Under the pieces are notes generated by a model that did no database searches, was not told the DNA's origin, and saw only the letters and a list, made by a program, of their open reading frames with translations. The position numbers were made by a program, and so were the translations under genes. Below, in pieces: positions 52,277-64,000 of a stretch of DNA of 64,000 nt. How positions within the stretch are numbered: position 1 is the stretch's first letter; each line of letters opens with the position of its first letter. Origin of the DNA: Callorhinchus milii (taxonomy: Eukaryota); the NCBI RefSeq assembly GCF_018977255.1, contig NW_024704743.1, positions 35,590,001-35,654,000 on the forward strand. The letters are read 5' to 3'.

Positions 52277-54620
52277 CGCCTCAGCTTCATCTCCTTATGC
52301 CCCCACCTCAATGAATTTCGATGCCAACATGATGCTGAGCTCTTCTTCCGCCACCTCCGTGCCCACTTTTTTGGCCAGGAGGCCTCCCCCCACATATCGG
52401 ATCTCCTGTCTTCAGAAGTCCCATTTCACTTGGACCCCGCCACCAGCGCCCTACCCTCCCTGGACCTGTTCATTGAGAACTGCTGGCGTGACATCGAACT
52501 GTCCATATCTCCACTCCCGTCCCCCACTCAAACCTTTCTCTTTCTAAATGTGCTGCACTCAACTCTCTCAGGACCAATCCTGACGTCATCGTCAAACCTG
52601 CTGACAAGGGAGGCACTGTCGTAGACTGGCGAAAGAACCTCTACCTGGCAGAGGCTGAACTTCAACTCTCTGACAACGCCTCCTACCTCCCCTTGGACCC
52701 CACAAGTAAACACCAAGCCATCATCACCGAGACAACAACAACAACAACAACAATAAGATTACATTTGTATAGCGCCTTTCACGTCAGGAGGACATCTCAA
52801 GGTGCTGGACAGTGTACAGCATTTCAGACCCGAGCTGGGGTCAGGGAGGGAGAAGGGAGGCGAGGGGAAGGGGGATGACTGATGGCATGGTCAAAGAGGA
52901 GAGTTTTGAGGCAGGACTTGAAGGAGGCACCAGGACAGCCCGCAGGCCCTCCGCTTCCACCTCGAATAGCGGCCCAACCAGTTTCCATCCACTACCACCC
53001 TCTTCCGCCTGGCTGAACTTGTTCTGACATTGAACAACTTCACCTTCGACTCCACCCACCTCCTCCAAGTAAAAGGTGTCGCTATGGGAACCTGCATGGG
53101 TGCCAGCTACGCCTGCCTGTTTGATGGCCACCTGGAACACTCTTTGTTCCAGGCCTACTTAGATCCTCTCCCTGACCTGTTCCTCAGATACATTGATGAC
53201 TGTTAGGCTGCTTCCTGCTCTCGCACTGAGCTGGAAATATTCACCAATTTTGCTTCCACCTTCCACCCCTCCATAATATGGTTACACAGTCCATCTCTGA
53301 CTCTTCCTTTCCTCAACTTCACCATTTCCATCTCGGGGCATAGATTACCAACAGATACCTTTTACAAGCCCATTAACTCCCACAGTTACCTGGACTACAC
53401 CTCCTCCCACCCCACCTCCTGTAAAGACTCCATTCCCTTTTCCCAGTTCCTTCGCCTCCACTGCATCTGCTCTGATGAAGCCACCATTCACACCAGAGCA
53501 ACTGAAATGTCCTCCTTTTTACTCGACCAAGGATTCCCATCCACTGCAGTGGGCAGGGCCCTTGACCATGTCCACCCTACTTCCCACACCTCTGCCCTCA
53601 CCCCTTCCCCCTCTTCCAGGAACTATGATAGGGTCCCCCTAGTCCTCACCTTCCACCCCACCAGCCCCAACAATCAACAAATAATTCGCCACCTCCAGCG
53701 TGATCCAACCACCAAACATATCTTTTCCTCCCCGCCCCTCTCAGCATTCCGAAGGGACCATCCCCTCCGTGAATCCCTGGTTCATTCCTCCATCACCACC
53801 AACAGTTGTTCTACTCCCCCGGCACCTTCCTTTGCCAGCGCAGGAGATGCAATACCTGCCCTTTCACCTCCTCCCATACCACTGTCCAGGGCCCTAAACA
53901 CAGATTTCAAGTGTGACAGCAATTTACGTGTATTACCACCAATGTAATTCACTGCATTCACTGCTCACAATGCGGTCTCCTCTACACTGGGCAGACCAAA
54001 TGCAGACTGGGTGATCAATTTGCCGAACATTTCCATTCTGTCTGCAAGCACAACCCTGAGCTTCTGTTTTTTTGACACTTCAACTCTCCCTCCCACTTGC
54101 ACTCTGACCTCTCCATCTATGGTCTCCTACGCTGTTCTAATGAACCACAGCGCAAGCTCGAGGAACAGCACCTCATTTATCTGATAGGGACCTCTGGCCT
54201 CAATATTGATTTCAATAATTTCAGACCATAACAGCTCACCTCCCCCCTCCCCCGCTTCTGTGACCATTACCACGTCATCTGGGTCCCAGACACACCTTTC
54301 CTCTCTCTGGTCTGCCTGTTTTGTTACAATTCCCCCCACTTTGTTTTGCATCATTAACAACAACAACAACAACATGATTGCATTTATAGAGCGCCTTTTA
54401 CGTCGGGAGGACGTCCCAAGCTCTTTAACCATCATCCCTTGTCCTCTACCCCATTTTCTCCTTTGTCTTCCTTGCCCTGCCTCCCACCTTTTTGTTAGTC
54501 CTTGAAAGCCTCTCCCTCCCAACATGCCCCAGGAGTTGGACCCGAAATGTTGACTCATTTTCCTTTCTCCATAGATGCTGCCTGACCTGCTGAGTGTTCT
54601 AGATGACTTCTGTTTTGTTT
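52277..54620 (+). mobile_element. Decayed Penelope-like element: RT plus GIY-YIG endonuclease and 3' pseudo-LTR
   Basis: Hand-translated motifs KPADKGG, QVKGVAMGT, FLRYIDD, YLDYTSSHP, SIPFSQFLRL, NVIHCIHCSQCGLLYTGQT..RL....EH; stop near 54230. Nested L2 pieces at 52732-52930 and 54356-54420. Confidence 0.9.
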
Positions 54621-54717
54621 CCTTTTCCAAATAAAACCTTAGAATCTTACAATACAAAAAAATTATATTTATATACCGTAGGCCTTTTACGTTGGGTCTT
54701 CGTCTTAGCTGAAAGCA

Positions 54718-55017
54718 GAGCACTTGCCTTGCAAGCAAGAGACCTGGGTTCGATTCCCGGCAGGGCGAAACCTTGGGCAAGTTTCCTTATTCCACACCCA
54801 AAATAATAATCCCTCAAGAAAAAAACCCAATAATAACAAAATTGGTCACGTCAATCCACGACTGTTTGTGGGACACTGCTGTGCGCAATTGGCTGTCGCA
54901 TTTCGTCCACAAGTATACAGTCAATTCACTTTACAGTATATTCTGTGAAGCGCTTTGGGACGTCTAGAAGATGTGAAAAGCACTATATCAAATGCAAGGA
55001 TTATTCTTATTATTATA
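54718..55017 (+). mobile_element. SINE-A short form, 5' truncated, CTAGAA-loop tail
   Basis: B box onward matches the family. Confidence 0.9.
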
Positions 55018-56169
55018 ATGTCTCATCCAAAGGACAGAACTTCTGACCAAACTGTACCAGCCTAGACTGTGAGCTCAAAGTATTAACATGGGGCTTCTTT
55101 ACTGTTCAGCTGAAAATGTAAAAGATCGCAACCTAAATGATTACATTTCCTTTTATAAGTATAGCTTCAAAGGAGCAAGGGAGTGGAATTGAAGACTCTT
55201 ATTGGAACATTGTTGTTCTATAGTTAGTTCAATGAATAAGATTTGTAGGGTGTGTCCACTGAACTCAGGGTTGTAATCTGAGCTCTTCAATTGTATATGC
55301 TGCTGTTGGTGGCATCTGTAGAGCTGACCCAATCCCATTCCTTATATGTAATTCAAAGACAAAAAAAAACTCAAAGTTATGTTTGCATTAGACGTTAAAC
55401 AGATGGTGTGTTTCTACAGTGTGCAAAAATTTAAGAACCATTAAAACAATGTTTTATCCACAAAATAAAAAATCCTTTCAGAATCTACTTTTTGTGTCAT
55501 GATGTCTTCTGCTTCTAATTGTGCACTGCAGTAACTAGTGTTAAAGACTTACCCCACCATTATTCCATTGCATGGGAGCAAGGATTCAATGCTGCTTTAA
55601 CAGATATCGAATTAAAGTTACATTACCTCTTAATATTAGAGCGTGCTTTCCATCATCTTCCCCTTCCCGTAACCCGCAAGCCCCACTCCCTCAGCTCCCA
55701 TCCCCAGCTCAGTGCCCAGCCAGCATTGTCAGTTGCTTTGAGATGCCTTCCTGATGTGAAAGACACTATAAATGTATACATGGCTGGGAATAATGCCAGC
55801 CCTGCTCTCCAATTGCTTTAAAAAATAGCAATGTTAATTCTTAGTAGTCAATGGGTGCAGTCAACCTTGTGTTATCACTGGGATATTCACTTCCAAACGT
55901 TTCATTATGGACATTTTTAAGAATACATTTTAACCACATTTTTTGCCTCTGCGATCATTCCCCCACCCCCCTCTCAACAATGGGACATGATAAAGAGATC
56001 TTTACAGGGTAGATAACATTATAAATTAAAAATTCTTCTGTAATGAGACCAAATCGTAAAGGCAGTTAGGCGGACAGCATTCTGTTGAGTATCACCAAGC
56101 AACTCACACATAGTTCTCTCATTTCTCTAACACTGGGGATCATTCTTGTTGCTCTCCTTTGCATTGCCT

Positions 56170-56760
56170 CTACGACCTTGGCAGCACTCTTATGTGGTAT
56201 TGACCAGAAATGTATGTAATGTTGACCAGAGCACACACTATGCTGTCTGGATATCTGAACTCAAATGCCTTGTCAATATAGACGAGCATCCTGTTTGCCT
56301 TGTTTATTGCTGCCTCACAATGTTTTGATATGGTGACCACTATCCCTAAATCTTTTTCAGCTCCCCCCATGGCAAGTTCTACTCCCTCCGTGGAGCACAT
56401 GTGCCTTCAGTTCTTATTTCCTATATATAGTACCTTGCAGTTGTTTTTTGAACTTCATTTGTTGGTCATCAGCTAATGTATATATTTTATCAAACTCTCT
56501 TTGTAAGACCAGTGCTGCCTCCTCTGATACCATAGAACCTCAAAACTTAAGTGCAATTGGCAAATGTAACTGCAGTATCTTACACTTGGTCTGAAATCCA
56601 AGTTGTTATTATACAGGAGGAACAGGAGGGCTCCCAGGACAGACCTCTGAGTCACCCTGCTTGCCAAAATGTCTTGATCCCTATAATTCCACATGCTAGC
56701 TCTTTCAGAGAGCCAGAACATGCACAATGGACCAAACTCCTTCATTTCTGTGCTATAAAT
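56170..56760 (-). mobile_element. Old CR1 RT fragment
   Basis: EKDLGIVV..KANRML; SVLGALLFLLYNNNLD. Confidence 0.75.
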
Positions 56761-57599
56761 GTCTGTGGTTCCATCTAGGGCTCATTGAGTTTGAGTCAGA
56801 CTGTGTTCACTTTCAGGCTACCAGCTGAGATTAGTTCATGTGTCAGTAGATACTAGTTTTCTGGCAAAGTCACTTTATTTTTTTCACATCTCAAAGAAAA
56901 TGCCCTGAGATTTGCATCAGAACTATTGTAACGAACCAGATGCAAATCTTCTGCTTCACAGCTGAGTACGAGTGTGACAGCCATGGGGGGGGGTTTGCTT
57001 TGAACTACAATCGGAAAGTCAGGCTGCAGCACTTACAGCACACACACTGACTGGTGCTTCGCAGCTGCAGTCCATGCAGGACACTTGACTGGGGCTGTGC
57101 TCAAGTTGCCTTTGAAGTGGCTACCCTGTAAGTGGGTGGGTTCACAAACCTTGTGCTGCTATTAGGCCACACTGTATTGGAAAATGAGCTGCAAGAGGAA
57201 ATGCCATCAGCTAGAGCTTAATGCTGTTATCACAATTTTGTTGGAGACCGGAGGCTGTTTGTCTACAGCGTTCAAAATACCACAACTTACAGGTTACAAT
57301 GAATATTGCGAAAAATTGTTAAAACCACTTGCACTAATTCATTTGTGCTCCTTAACAAGAGGATTAGTTGCATCTAATATAAACAATGTTGTGAGTACAC
57401 TTGTGGAAGAGATGTATGGCATACTATTATTTACCAAGCTGTCTGAGTATCTGATTACATTACTGCAAACTGAATAAAAGGTAATTAGCTTTTAACTTTC
57501 ACATTGCTCTGAACAAAACCAGTGCTCATTGTCACATGATTGGCTTTTGTAAGCACTAATCATTAGCGTAGCTACCATGGGTAAAGACAGCACCTCTGT

Positions 57600-57885
57600 A
57601 ACAACAACAACAACAATTTGCACTTATATAGCACCCTCTACACCTGGCGGCGTCTCTGGATTTTGTGAATAGTGGAGGAGGGGAGACCAGCGAGAAGGGC
57701 GTAAGAGTGTCCAGCCAAGAGGTAACGAAGACATGGACAAGGGTTTCGGCAGGTTTGGGGTGAGGTATTGTTGGAGACGGGCAACGTGGCGGAGTTGGAA
57801 GAAAGTGGTGCTGATCAGGGACCGGATGTGGGGGAGAAAGGATAACTGGGGATCGCACCTGATGCCTAAGTTGCGCACTGTACTA
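57600..57885 (-). mobile_element. L2 fragment plus tail
   Basis: VRNLGIRCDPQLSF; ETLVHVFVTSWLD. Confidence 0.8.
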
Positions 57886-58454
57886 CAGTCTGCTGGCAAT
57901 GGTACTCCAGAATTTTTGGGGGTCAGATAGGTGTCTGACATAAGATTTCCTGCTGCTTGTCCAGATAGGACCACCCTACCGGCTTGCAGGGTTAACAGGA
58001 GCCAAGTGGGATGACTCCCTGCCCCCAGTGACCGTTCTGCCTTTCCAGGTTCTGCCAATGAGCCAGACTGGTTGTGTTGTCATCTGCAGTGCCCTGGAAT
58101 ACTGCGGACCCGCCTAGCTCAGGAACCGGATTACTGAGACTGCTGCAGAGGGCCGGCTCAATTCCCACATTCCGTTGCCAAACATGTCACTTTGGAGCCA
58201 GTTCAGCTTCAAGGAAAACCCACTTGCCTTCCCCCCAAGGAGTAGAGTACTCTCGAAGGTCTGCAGCTTATGGAGAGATGTTCAAATACTGGCCATGAAT
58301 AAGGTGAGAATTAGGATCTTAGCAGCTTGGGGAGAGAAATAGTGACAGATGCAGGCAATGTTGTGGAGGTGAGGGAAGCCAAGTGAGTGAGAGCCTGGAT
58401 ATGGGGTTCAGTTGCAACCCTGTTTAAATCTGTCATTAAAAAACAGACCAGTGG

Positions 58455-58812
58455 TTGGGACATCCTCCCGACGTGAAAGGCACTTTACAAATATAACTTT
58501 GTATTGCATGGTACTCCCTAACCACTACCGTTGTCTCCACTCAACTGGCTCCAGCCTCCTGCTTGTTCCTCTTGCCCTCAGTTCCACCATTGGTGGCCGT
58601 GCTTTCAGCCTTGAAACTCTGGAACATTATATCCCTCTTCCTTGCACCATCCTTCCCTATCTTCAGGTCACGCATGAAGACTTTCTTCTTCAACCATGCC
58701 TAGGGTTACCTCCCCCCTCTGCTCGGCTTGGTGTCATGTTCCACCACTGTCAAGCGCTCTGGGACTCTATCCTGCATGAGAGGCACAATATAAATGCAAG
58801 CTGTTGTTGTTG
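58455..58812 (+). mobile_element. Older L2 3' end with a nested short young tail
   Basis: TIGGRAFS; tail CAAGCGCTCTGGGAC..ATAAATGCAAG(TTG)n. Confidence 0.8.
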
Positions 58813-59001
58813 TAATCAACTTAATATGTTGTATTTCCTTTACATAAATTTGAATCAGGGAGAAATATTGGTCCAACAGTAATCCATCTATAAAACTATG
58901 TAGCCTTAAAATCTATGAAACAATTTTGGCAAATTCTTAAGTTTGGTCTTGGTTTTCTGCAGTCCTTAGAAACAACTGGTTTCCAAATTAAAAGCAAATG
59001 T

Positions 59002-59380
59002 AATAATAATAATAATCCTTACATTTGATATAGCGCCTTATCACGTCTTTGAGATGTCTCAAAGAGCTTCACAGAATATGCTGTAAAGTGAATTTACTGT
59101 ATATTTTGTGGGCGAAACGCAGCAGTCAATTGCGCACAGGAGTGTCCCACAAACAGTCATGGATTGAGTGGTCAGTTTATTATTATTATTAATATTTTTA
59201 AGGAATTATTACCTGGAAAAGTTATCCGCCAATCGACTAACAACCAGGTTCCTACTTACTGCTAGGTAAACAGAGGCATGTGGAGTAAGGAAACTTGCCT
59301 AACGTTTCGCCCTGCCGGGAATCAAACCCATGTTTCTCACTTGCAAGGCGAGCGCTCTAACTCGTGAGCTACAGGACTCC
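59002..59380 (-). mobile_element. SINE-A long form
   Basis: Meta-like segment present; old tail GAGACATCTCAAAGACGTGATAAGGCGC. Confidence 0.9.
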
Positions 59381-60988
59381 AGGACTCCAACAGGACTCTA
59401 ATGTATCTCATCCTACAATGCAGTCATCTCTATCATGTCCTGCTGTCTCTCCACTATTAGGTCAGTGTTAGAAAGTCCTTGTGTGTCAAGGGCTATAGTT
59501 CCAAGTAACATCTTGCCCCATCTGCAATTCCTCACTAAAATGGTGAGCTGCTGGTTTCAGTCATAGCACTGTACCTACTAGTTGTTAAGTGCCAATCAGA
59601 TACTTAGCCATACAGGGGAATTAAAACTTCAGTAGGACCAATAGGTCTATGATGTATCGTTCATTTTATTTCAACAAGGATTTTTTTATGGAAGCTGGAA
59701 TTGTCCTTTCTTAATAAAAAAGGTTTCAGGAGGTGCTACAAATTCTCATGTGGGCCCAGACAGTGGGTGCGGGCAGATGTTTCTAATGCAGGGAATATTA
59801 CCGATGGCTGAGCCTGCTTCTGCCATCACGTACCGTCCTCCAAAATGCACTTTCCAGCAGATGTCTCTGGAATAATGATCAAACCCCGACTGACTGCCTC
59901 CTCCCTGACCTGGGGCACTGAGACCAATTTGTCCAATTGCCGCCCCAACTGAGATCAGCTAACTGAGCCCAGACAAGGGTTTGAACTGAACCTACGGCTT
60001 TCTGCTCTGTACGGCTGAGTGCGTATAACCACTCTATCATCGGAGGAGTCTCCAGATGCTAAACAACTACAGTTCTAAATTTGCATGCTGTAACATTCTA
60101 TGTAATTCCATGAGAGAAATAACATGCAAATCATCAAACTGGGAATACAGAGAAGGAACATTTCCGTCTAATTATCTATACAATGATTTAATTACTGTTG
60201 CAGACTCTCATGGGCAAAAAGAGATTGATAGAGCAATGCAGTGCAAGTACTTTCAGGCCTCAGCTGAAAGAAATGTCAGGAACCTTACACAGCATACCAG
60301 AAACAAGAAATAAAGAACACACAAGGTGTATCTGATCACTGATTGGTGTGAATTACTGAACTTATCACAACTAACCATCACCATCCTTCTACAGGAGATT
60401 GTTATCAGAGAATGTGAAAGGCAGGTTCATGAAAGGGCTGCAAGTTACCAACTGTGTCAGATGCTTTTAATGTCTGCATTGCGAGACATTATTCACAATA
60501 CAGTACAAATGACATCCGGGTAGACAAACCCTTCCACAAGAAACTTATTATACAATTAAACGAGACTCGACATTCCTCCCAACATTCCTGCCCTGGGGGG
60601 AATCGGTGCCTTGCTACAGAACAAGGGATGCTGAGGAGAAATTCATGTTCCTCACAAGTGATTTCTAGAGATTTTCTTGCTCAGGCAAGTTCATTTTATT
60701 AAACAAAACACAGTGCCCAGCCTCCTGGTATCCTGGCAGTGATGACCAGTGTGAGCTGCAAACAGTCATGGTTCAGAGTGCTTGTTTTTATGCTGAATGT
60801 ACAAACTATGTTGGTTGTCATTCATATTCTGCCCATTTGCTTGAAGATATTGTCAACCTTTCCCACCACTGACTCCTCCCTTTCAAACCCAGCAGCAATG
60901 CTCCCCTACTCAAAAGCTAGGGAGACGGTGAGGGGTTAGTGGGAAGGTGGCTAAAAGCACAATGAAAGAAATAGGTTTTTAGACACAT

Positions 60989-61293
60989 TAATAATAATCC
61001 TTGCATTTGATATAGCGCTTTTCACGTCTTCTAAACGTCTCAAAGCACTTCACAGAATATGCTGTAAAGTGAATTGACTGTATATTTGTGGGCGAAACGT
61101 GGCAGCCAATTGCGCACAGCAGTGTCCCACAAACAGTCATGGATTGAAAATGACCAATTTATTATTTTTTTTATTTTGGAGGGATTAGGCATGTGGAGTA
61201 AGGAAACTTGCCCAAAGTTTCGCACCACCTGGAATTGAACCCAGGTGTCTCGCTTGCAAGGTGAGTGCTCTAACCACTGAGCTACAGGACTCC
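60989..61293 (-). mobile_element. SINE-A short form
   Basis: Full head and tail. Confidence 0.95.
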
Positions 61294-61418
61294 AGCCTCA
61301 GGTTTAGTTCCTATATGCTCTACATGAAAGATGCTATACAAATATAAATTGGTTTTGTTGTTCTTTTGCATCACACAAACAATGTAGAAGTTCCAAGGTA
61401 ACACAAACATATACATGT

Positions 61419-61740
61419 GGAGTCCTGTAGCTCAGTGGTTAGAGCACTCGCTTTGCAAGCGAGAGACCTGAATTCAATTAAATTCCAGGCAGGGCGAAAC
61501 CTTGGGCAAGTTTCCTTACTCCACACGCCTAATAATAATCCCTCCCAAACCAAAAACAATAATAAATTGGTCATTTTTAATCTACGATTGTTTGTAGGAC
61601 ATTGCTGTGCGCAATTGGCTGCCGCGTTCGCCCACAAATGTACAGTCAATTCACTTTACAGTGTGTTCTGTGAAGCTGCTTTGGGACGTCCTCCCGACGT
61701 GAAAAGCGCTATATCAAATGCAAGGATTATTATTATTATT
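61419..61740 (+). mobile_element. SINE-A short (young) form
   Basis: Full head and young tail. Confidence 0.95.
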
Positions 61741-62166
61741 ACATGTACTGAAAAGTGCCAAATAGGTGATCTTAGAAGAGGAATAATGCAATGTTGTCCA
61801 CTGTCCTCTTATTAATTGTCCACTGTACCCCATTTATTAATGATGCCATTGAGAAGGATGGACTTGGTGTGTCTTTTTCAGGCATTTATAATAGATCAAA
61901 TAGACTGGAAAGTCTTCCTCATCCAACCCAATGTTGTGAATAATAATCCTTTGATGTAACGCCTTTCACGTTGGGAGGAAGTCTCAAAGCTCTTCACAGG
62001 ATTTGCTATAAGTGAAATAACTGTATATTGTGTAGACAAATGGGGTGGGGGTGAGGTGGTGGGCAAGGTAAGTGAGGTCTCCTTTGAGCTGAACTGACTC
62101 CAATGTAACAACAACAACAACAACTTGCATTTATGTAGAGCTCCTCACGCAGGGTAGCATCCCAGA

Positions 62167-62990
62167 GTTTGGCAATCGAATGTTGGAGTCGAGCCAGCCC
62201 TCTGTAGCGGTTTCGTTAGACCGGTTTCTGAGCCAGGCAGGTACGCGGTATTCCAGGGCAATGCTAACGGTAGACCAGCCAGTCTGGTTCATCAGACAGA
62301 CTCAGAGAGGAAGACCAGTAATTGAGGCCAACAATTTTTCACAGTTGGCTTCTGTTAACCATTGCAAGCCAAAGCCTTAAAGGGTAGGCTGGTCCTAGCT
62401 GAATAAGCAGCAGAGGCTTGCCAGACAGTGCTCTCAATGACAAACTATGTGGAGAATTCCTCCCGATGTGAAAGGCTTATCAAAAGATTATTATTCACAG
62501 CATCGGTTCGGATGAAGAAGATCTTCCAGCCTATTTGATCTATAGTCGGAGTCCTGTAGCTCAGTGGTTAGAGCACTCATATTGCAAGCAAGAGACCTGG
62601 GTTCGATTCCCAGCAGGGTGAAACCTTGAGCAAGTTTTTTTACTCCACACGCCTGATAATAATCCCTCAAGAAAAAAAAATAATAATTTGGTCACTCAAT
62701 CTACGACTGTTTGGCCAACACTACTATGCGCGATTGGCTGCTGCATTTTGTCCACAAATATAGTCATTTCACTTTACAGAATATTCTGTGAAGCACTTTG
62801 AGACATCTCGAGCAGGTGCCTCACGCTAGGGATAGAGTGCATATTCCACTCCAGCTACAGGGAAATTTCCATGTAGATGGCATATATATGTGGAACTATC
62901 AGTCTGGTTGGGATGCTCTTAAACATGTTGATGGGTTTCTGCATGTGTCAGACCCTGGATGACCAAACAAAAGGACCTCAATTACACTTA
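62167..62990 (-). mobile_element. Unclassified dispersed element X, interrupted by a CR1 tail and SINE-A; other fragments at 18830-18910 (+), 42422-42560 (-), 51440-52276 (+), 57890-58185 (+)
   Basis: Colinear shared blocks ACCCATCACCATGCTTAAGAG, GCTGCTTGTCCAG..AGGAC.ACCCTACC, GGTTAACAG.AGCCAA and TGCCCTGGAATAC.GCG. Confidence 0.75.
62548..62810 (+). mobile_element. SINE-A short form, tail truncated
   Basis: Head GGAGTCCTGTAGCTCAGTGGTTAGAGCAC and B box. Confidence 0.9.
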
Positions 62991-64000
62991 GCTCCATAAG
63001 AAGCTTAACACCCTCATTACCACCTACTTTACAGTAGGTTTGAAAACAAATATCTCCTGAACTGTTCATACATTTCATGACATGAACTCTGTGAAGTATT
63101 TTGAGACATTTCAACATGATAAAGCAATATGTAAAATGGTGTCTACGTGTCAGCCTGGCTTAGTTGGTAGTGGACAAAATATGCCCAGAAAATACACAAT
63201 CACTAAATCATGTGAAGCGCTTTGAGACATTTTCCCAATGCGAAAGGCGCTATATCAAATACAATAATTTTTTTTATTTGTAAAATAAAAAGACTATTAT
63301 GATGATGATGATAATGATGCTGAAGGTTTAAGAATGAATTATGAGGCATCAAGAACAGAGTGGCAATTCAAAGTAAGACAGAGCAGATTGATTCAATTAA
63401 CTTTCGGTCTCCCTTTTGCACCATTAAACATGCTAGAATATTCATTACAGTCAATGTATAGAACATTCCTTTATTTTACATTTTAAATGTATTCAGGCCC
63501 CTTTCCTAACTAATATACTACTGCTTTGATGGTCAAAATCCACTTATACAATGCACAACTGTATCAGCCTTTGACAGTCATTCTCTCTGATTGCTCACTT
63601 ATTCTCATCCAGGGAAATTGTAGATGCTGTGATTAGCCTCGGCATCTTCTGAGGGAAAAGACGCTCCCTCTCTCCTGAGTTCCTCCTCTTAACCATTATC
63701 TGGTGATACCTACTGAGGCTATGGACATTGAATGAGGAGAGGATTGGGCTCTGCTGTGGTTCCTATTCCCCTCGTCTGCCCTCTCCCCACTCACAGTACT
63801 ATAAACAGCATAATTCACATAACAGAACGTCTCTATGCCCTTAACAATAAAATGATTGGAGACTGAACAATATGTGGGGGGGGAATATATAAATGACTTT
63901 ATTCCAGTACTAGACTGTTCTAGGATTCCTGGTCATTGTGAGTTGAGATTCACAATTGAATAGACAAAGTCAATACATTTTGTGAAGTGAGTTTGGATTT

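Noticed and set aside
54127..54780. 217-aa minus-strand ORF
   Set aside because: Chance read-through across antisense SINE, L2 tail and Penelope sequence.
62215..62232. Alternative hammerhead using GAAACCGGUC on the minus strand
   Set aside because: No CUGANGA follows the matching stem-I strand (CGUUA), so the topology does not close.

Overview
Repeat-dominated, apparently intronic or intergenic vertebrate DNA. The mix of L2 and CR1 LINEs, Deu-type tRNA-SINEs and a Penelope-like element points to a cartilaginous fish, possibly a chimaera (inference). I recognise no host protein-coding gene: every ORF with recognisable motifs is a decayed retroelement (L2 RT, CR1 RT, Penelope RT plus GIY-YIG). 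The window holds about 14 copies of a tRNA-Ala-headed SINE in long and short subfamilies, about 12 Deu-domain SINE copies, many L2/CR1 3' fragments and two MITE families. Most notable: (i) an unclassified dispersed element of roughly 0.7 kb, reconstructed from five fragments, with a hammerhead-ribozyme-like motif showing a compensatory stem change; (ii) a minimal hammerhead core in a Penelope pseudo-LTR; (iii) SINE 3' hairpins that change stepwise towards the young L2 tail, with covariation; (iv) a fold-back SINE palindrome whose junction reappears 5 kb away between 6-bp direct repeats; (v) several locally templated insertions. All alignments were done by eye.
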